60,069 bases of DNA, from contig CBFGJG010000009.1 of NCBI GenBank assembly GCA_965649055.1, positions 1 to 60,069 of the forward strand, read 5' to 3'. The DNA is from a candidate division WOR-3 bacterium (GTDB lineage: Bacteria; Hydrothermota; UBA3072; B12-G15). A program made the position numbers and the translations under genes. The notes under the pieces were generated by a model, which had not been told where the DNA came from, made no database searches, and was given only the letters and a program-made list of their open reading frames with translations. Positions 56,854 through 60,069 of this stretch are shown here, in pieces. How positions within the stretch are numbered: the stretch's first letter is position 1; each line of letters opens with the position of its first letter.

Positions 56854-57947
56854 AAATCAGGTGTTATATCGAGGCTCTTACCGATTGAACGTAGGTTCTC
56901 AACAACCTTTATATACAATGGGACTTCTTCCCTGTATCTTTGCTCATTCTCAAATTCTTTTTCACCGGCTATGTAAATTCTTTCCTTACCTTTTGCCTTC
57001 TTGGAATTCTTTATAATCCTGATATAATCATCCATTGATGATTTAAATTTCTCTTTTGGAATAAATGCCTCTATCTTCATAGCACCAAAGAAATGGCATA
57101 CCCCCGGGGGAGCGTTCTTATCTTTATAAAGTAATGGTCCATATAGACCACCCGAGAGGACACCAGAAAAGATATCTATAAGGACTGAAAATCCATATCC
57201 CTTATGTCCTCCTTCTTCTTCATCTGCACCACCAAGAGGAAGAAGACCTCCGCCTTTCCTTGTTAAAAGATTATCAAGGACCCTTTTTGCATCGTCTGTT
57301 GGCATCCCATATTCATCTGTTGCCCAACTTAAAGGTAGTTTCTTACCCAACCTTTCATACACCTCTATTTTACCTCTTGGCGCAGTGCTTGTTGCCCCGT
57401 CAAAAACAAAAGGCAGTTCTTCTCCCGAGGGAACAGCCACTGCAATAGGATTTGTTCCGATAACTATCTCTGAACCAAATGTCGGAACAACAAGTGGTGC
57501 TGAATTTGTCATAGAAATACCTATCATATCTTCTTTTAATGCCATTAATGCGTAATATCCCGCAATACCATAATGATTGGAATTTCTGACTGCAACAAAA
57601 GCAACTCCTGCATCCTTTGCTTTTTTAATACAATGATTCATTGCAAAATAACCAACAACCTGACCAAGACCTGCATCACCATCAATCAATGATGTAGCAA
57701 TTGTCTCATTAACGATTTTTATATCTGGCTTTACTTTTATCTCCCCATTCTTTATTCCATTCACATACCTTGAAAGCCTTGCAACACCATGTGAATCAAT
57801 GCCCCTCCTATCAGATGCAATTAAAACATCGGCAGTTATTTCCGCATCATTCTCAGGGACACCGAGTTTCTTAAAAACTTCTACAACAAATTTCTTCAAA
57901 CTATCTACTTTTACCATAATATTTTCTTCAGGCATTTTTCCCTCCAT
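56850..57947 (-). CDS. Ldh2-family (malate/L-lactate/ureidoglycolate type-2) dehydrogenase
   Basis: ASDRRGIDSHGV, NSNHYGIAGYY and GGHKGYG motifs. Confidence 0.85.
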   Translation of the reverse strand: MEGKMPEENIMVKVDSLKKFVVEVFKKLGVPENDAEITADVLIASDRRGIDSHGVARLSRYVNGIKNGEIKVKPDIKIVNETIATSLIDGDAGLGQVVGYFAMNHCIKKAKDAGVAFVAVRNSNHYGIAGYYALMALKEDMIGISMTNSAPLVVPTFGSEIVIGTNPIAVAVPSGEELPFVFDGATSTAPRGKIEVYERLGKKLPLSWATDEYGMPTDDAKRVLDNLLTRKGGGLLPLGGADEEEGGHKGYGFSVLIDIFSGVLSGGLYGPLLYKDKNAPPGVCHFFGAMKIEAFIPKEKFKSSMDDYIRIIKNSKKAKGKERIYIAGEKEFENEQRYREEVPLYIKVVENLRSIGKSLDITPDF

Positions 57948-57949
57948 TA

Positions 57950-59206
57950 TTAATATGGTTTACCTTTTGTAATCACATTATTGGCGAGTTCTTCGATATA
58001 TTTCGGCAGATATCCTTTTTCTTTTATTATTTCCCTTAATCTTTCAATTATTTTTGGTGTATCTATTTCCATAGGACAATATTTTACACATCTTCCACAT
58101 AATGTACAGGCAAATGCCATTGGAGACGCTATATCAATACCTCCTGCAACAAATGCAGTCCAGGGAACACCTATTCCACCCATATATCTGTATCCCCAAT
58201 ATCCTGTTGTTATAGGATAAACTGGGCATTCATACATACATGCACCACATCTAACACAGTACAAAGCCTTTCTGAAAACAGGGTCTTTTATCATCTCACT
58301 CCTGCCATTATCAAGCAATATTACATGCCATTCCTTAGGGCCATGTGCTCCATAAACAACTGTTTTTTCTATATCTCCTGTCTTCGAAGGTCCAGAAACA
58401 ATTGAAATATAACTTGTAACAAAATAACCTGCATATCTTTGAACCACATCAAGGAATAACATACCGTCTTCCATAGCTGGTAATATCTTTTCAATCCCGG
58501 CAATAACAATATGAACAGGTGGTGCATTTGTTACAAATCTAACATTACCTTCGTTTTCTATTAAAAAAATAGAACCTGTTTCTGCAACAACTGCATTTGC
58601 ACCTGAAATACCAACATCAGCACTGAAATATTTCTCCCTTAAAAACTCCCTCGCAAAAAGTGTTAGTTTTGGTATATCAGGTGGAAGTTCTTTCCCACCA
58701 AGTTTTGAAAATGCTTCTGCAACCTTTTCCCTTGGGATATTCACAGCAGGGGCAAGGATATGCATTGGCCTTGTCTTTAGTATCTGAACAATAAATTCAC
58801 CAAGGTCAGTTTCAAAAACACTATTTCCTTTCTCTTCAAGGAATTTATTAAGTTCTATTTCTTCTGTTGTCATTGATTTTGCTTTTACTATTGTTTTTCC
58901 ACTACCTATAATATTATAAATAATATTTTTGGCATCTTCTTCTGTCTTAGCAAAATAAAAATTCCCATGCTGTCTTTCAATAGATTTTCTTGTTTTCTCT
59001 ATCAATTCTTCAATATTCAAAAGAGAATACTCTTTTTTCTCCTGTAATAGTTTTCTCTTTTTTTCAACCTCAGGAAATGCCCGTATTGCATCATCCCTTG
59101 CAGTCCTGAAAGATTTTACCGCTCTTCTTAATGCAGTCCTTATAAAAGGGTCTTTAGAAGCCCTATAAACATTCTTTTTAAATTCCTTATGAATTTCCTC
59201 TATCAT
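57950..59206 (-). CDS. LutB-like LUD-domain iron-sulfur protein
   Basis: LUD/DUF162-type N-terminal part, plus CVRCGACMYECP and CTLCGRCVKYCP ferredoxin motifs. Confidence 0.8.
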   Translation of the reverse strand: MIEEIHKEFKKNVYRASKDPFIRTALRRAVKSFRTARDDAIRAFPEVEKKRKLLQEKKEYSLLNIEELIEKTRKSIERQHGNFYFAKTEEDAKNIIYNIIGSGKTIVKAKSMTTEEIELNKFLEEKGNSVFETDLGEFIVQILKTRPMHILAPAVNIPREKVAEAFSKLGGKELPPDIPKLTLFAREFLREKYFSADVGISGANAVVAETGSIFLIENEGNVRFVTNAPPVHIVIAGIEKILPAMEDGMLFLDVVQRYAGYFVTSYISIVSGPSKTGDIEKTVVYGAHGPKEWHVILLDNGRSEMIKDPVFRKALYCVRCGACMYECPVYPITTGYWGYRYMGGIGVPWTAFVAGGIDIASPMAFACTLCGRCVKYCPMEIDTPKIIERLREIIKEKGYLPKYIEELANNVITKGKPY

Positions 59207-59919
59207 ATTGCTTCCTCCAATATATTTACGATATCGTAAACTTTTATATCTGTTTTAAGTTCATTAGCACCTTCTTTAATATTCACATCGCAGAATGGGC
59301 AACAGGAAACGATAGCATCTATTCCCAGTGGTTTTGCCTGTAATTCTATCTTTTCCTTTGCTACTTCCACCGATATCTTAGGATAGACAGCCCTTAAAAG
59401 ACCACCTCCGCCACAACAGGTGGATTTTTCCTGATTCAGTTCAAATTCAACGAGATTTATACCTTTAACAGAATTCAAAATATTTCTCGGCTCCTCGAAT
59501 ATTCTGTCTCCCTGTCTTCCTATATAACAGGGGTCATGGTAGACTACTTTAAGATTAATCTGTTTTTCTAATTTTATCTTTCCCTGTTTAATCAGATCCC
59601 ATACGAATTGAGTGAAATGAAGAACAGGTATATTATGTTTAATACCGAGTTTTTCAGGGTATTCATGTCTGAATGCAGTATAGCAATGCGGACAATGTGT
59701 TATTATCGTATCAATATTCTTTTCATTTATCTTCTTAAAAACCTTATCAGCATGTATTTTAGCCTCATCTACAAAACCTGATAAGATTAAAGGAATTCCA
59801 CAGCATTCATCAATTCCTATTGGTTCATAATCAAGATTTATTTTTTTTAAGAAGTTCTCAAGTGCTCTCTTCAATTCTTCCTGTAAAAGCAAAGTGCATC
59901 CGAAAAAAACACCTTTCAT
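59203..59919 (-). CDS. LutA/GlpC/HdrD-like (Fe-S) oxidoreductase with two CCG domains
   Basis: CCGIPL...CPHCY and CCGGGGLL...CPFCDVN motifs. SD AGGAGG before the ATG. Confidence 0.82.
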   Translation of the reverse strand: MKGVFFGCTLLLQEELKRALENFLKKINLDYEPIGIDECCGIPLILSGFVDEAKIHADKVFKKINEKNIDTIITHCPHCYTAFRHEYPEKLGIKHNIPVLHFTQFVWDLIKQGKIKLEKQINLKVVYHDPCYIGRQGDRIFEEPRNILNSVKGINLVEFELNQEKSTCCGGGGLLRAVYPKISVEVAKEKIELQAKPLGIDAIVSCCPFCDVNIKEGANELKTDIKVYDIVNILEEAI

Positions 59920-59940
59920 TATTCCTCCTGTTTTTCTAAA

Positions 59941-59968
59941 ATTTTAAAAAATGATAAAATTTTGTCAA
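59941..59968 (-). promoter_or_regulatory. Predicted promoter of the lutA-like operon (leadered)
   Basis: On the minus strand: TTGACA(59968-59963), 16 nt, TAAAAT(59946-59941), then a leader of about 20 nt carrying AGGAGG. Confidence 0.5.
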
Positions 59969-59985
59969 TTTTTATTTTTATTTTA

Positions 59986-60069
59986 CGGGAAGATCAGGGA
60001 CATGGTGGTACAATTTATTATAATTAACATTTAAGTTTTGTCTAAAAATTTTATCATAAATCTCATCAA
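59986..60069 (-). mobile_element. Insertion sequence copy B (end portion, inverted relative to copy A), terminus at nt 59986
   Basis: Exact reverse complement of nt 232-315. It encodes the same transposase C-terminus on the minus strand, ending ...HHVPDLPVK with the stop in flanking DNA. It continues beyond the window edge. Confidence 0.75.

Noticed and set aside
316-59985. Interpreting the IS-bracketed segment as a cargo-carrying composite transposon or genomic island
   Set aside because: The interior is dominated by single-copy essential genes (gyrA, rnpB, argS, gatCAB, rpmF, rpsU, fab, lpx, dxs). The IS copies are inverted with both ends facing inward. An invertible or recombination-prone chromosomal segment is the more economical reading.
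1-60069. tRNA, rRNA, tmRNA, CRISPR arrays or other tandem non-coding repeats
   Set aside because: By eye, rnpB is the only GC-rich non-coding island. No direct-repeat/spacer periodicity or tRNA-like T-loop motif was seen in the few intergenic regions. This was a visual scan only, so a tRNAscan/Infernal run would be needed to be certain.

Overview
Visibly AT-rich bacterial chromosomal DNA using the standard genetic code. It is almost entirely tightly packed, often overlapping, housekeeping operons of a diderm organism. I did not recognise a canonical defence island, CRISPR array, prophage, tRNA or rRNA.

Gene content:
- Plus-strand block, 4.7-24.4 kb: yceD-rpmF-plsX-fabD-fabG-acpP-fabF-etfB-etfA-gyrA-orf-purE-like; rpsU-cvpA-mutS2; xseB-ispA-DUF212-dxs-lpxC-fabZ-lpxA-thi4-deoC.
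- Minus-strand block, 24.4-59.9 kb: a hypothetical gene with gatCAB-uvrA-saccharopine dehydrogenase-like; an ABC-2 exporter; a frameshifted seven-blade FG-GAP protein with a T9SS-type C-terminal domain; mgtE; a membrane-domain/IspD fusion with a CDF transporter and two orphan genes; rnpB; a lipid A/Kdo cluster (Gfo-type oxidoreductase, ICMT-type methyltransferase, lpxB, DUF374, waaA); a TsaC/LMW-phosphatase fusion; an S2P protease; argS; rsfS; a short glmU-like gene; and a lutA/lutB-like/Ldh2 cluster with two TPR-membrane paralogs.
- A short plus-strand island holds arsR-permease-thioredoxin-like genes and a GAF protein.
- A 1377-aa tandem-cyclase/STAND-ATPase/TPR protein sits at the left edge.

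Main unexplained or unusual observations:
1. Both window edges carry exactly identical, inverted copies of the same IS terminus, so the whole 59.7-kb segment is bracketed by inward-facing transposase genes.
2. A rigid promoter-to-ATG geometry recurs (-35, 16 nt, -10, about 6 nt, ATG, with no Shine-Dalgarno). It occurs at most operon-first genes and predicts widespread leaderless mRNAs.
3. Several unusual fusions and contexts stand out: complementary tandem cyclase domains on a STAND scaffold, a membrane-domain/IspD fusion, a TsaC/phosphatase fusion, GnnA-like plus LmtA-like genes in the lipid A cluster, and a bifurcating-type EtfAB between fabF and gyrA.

All functional calls come from motif recognition by eye. 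No database search was run.
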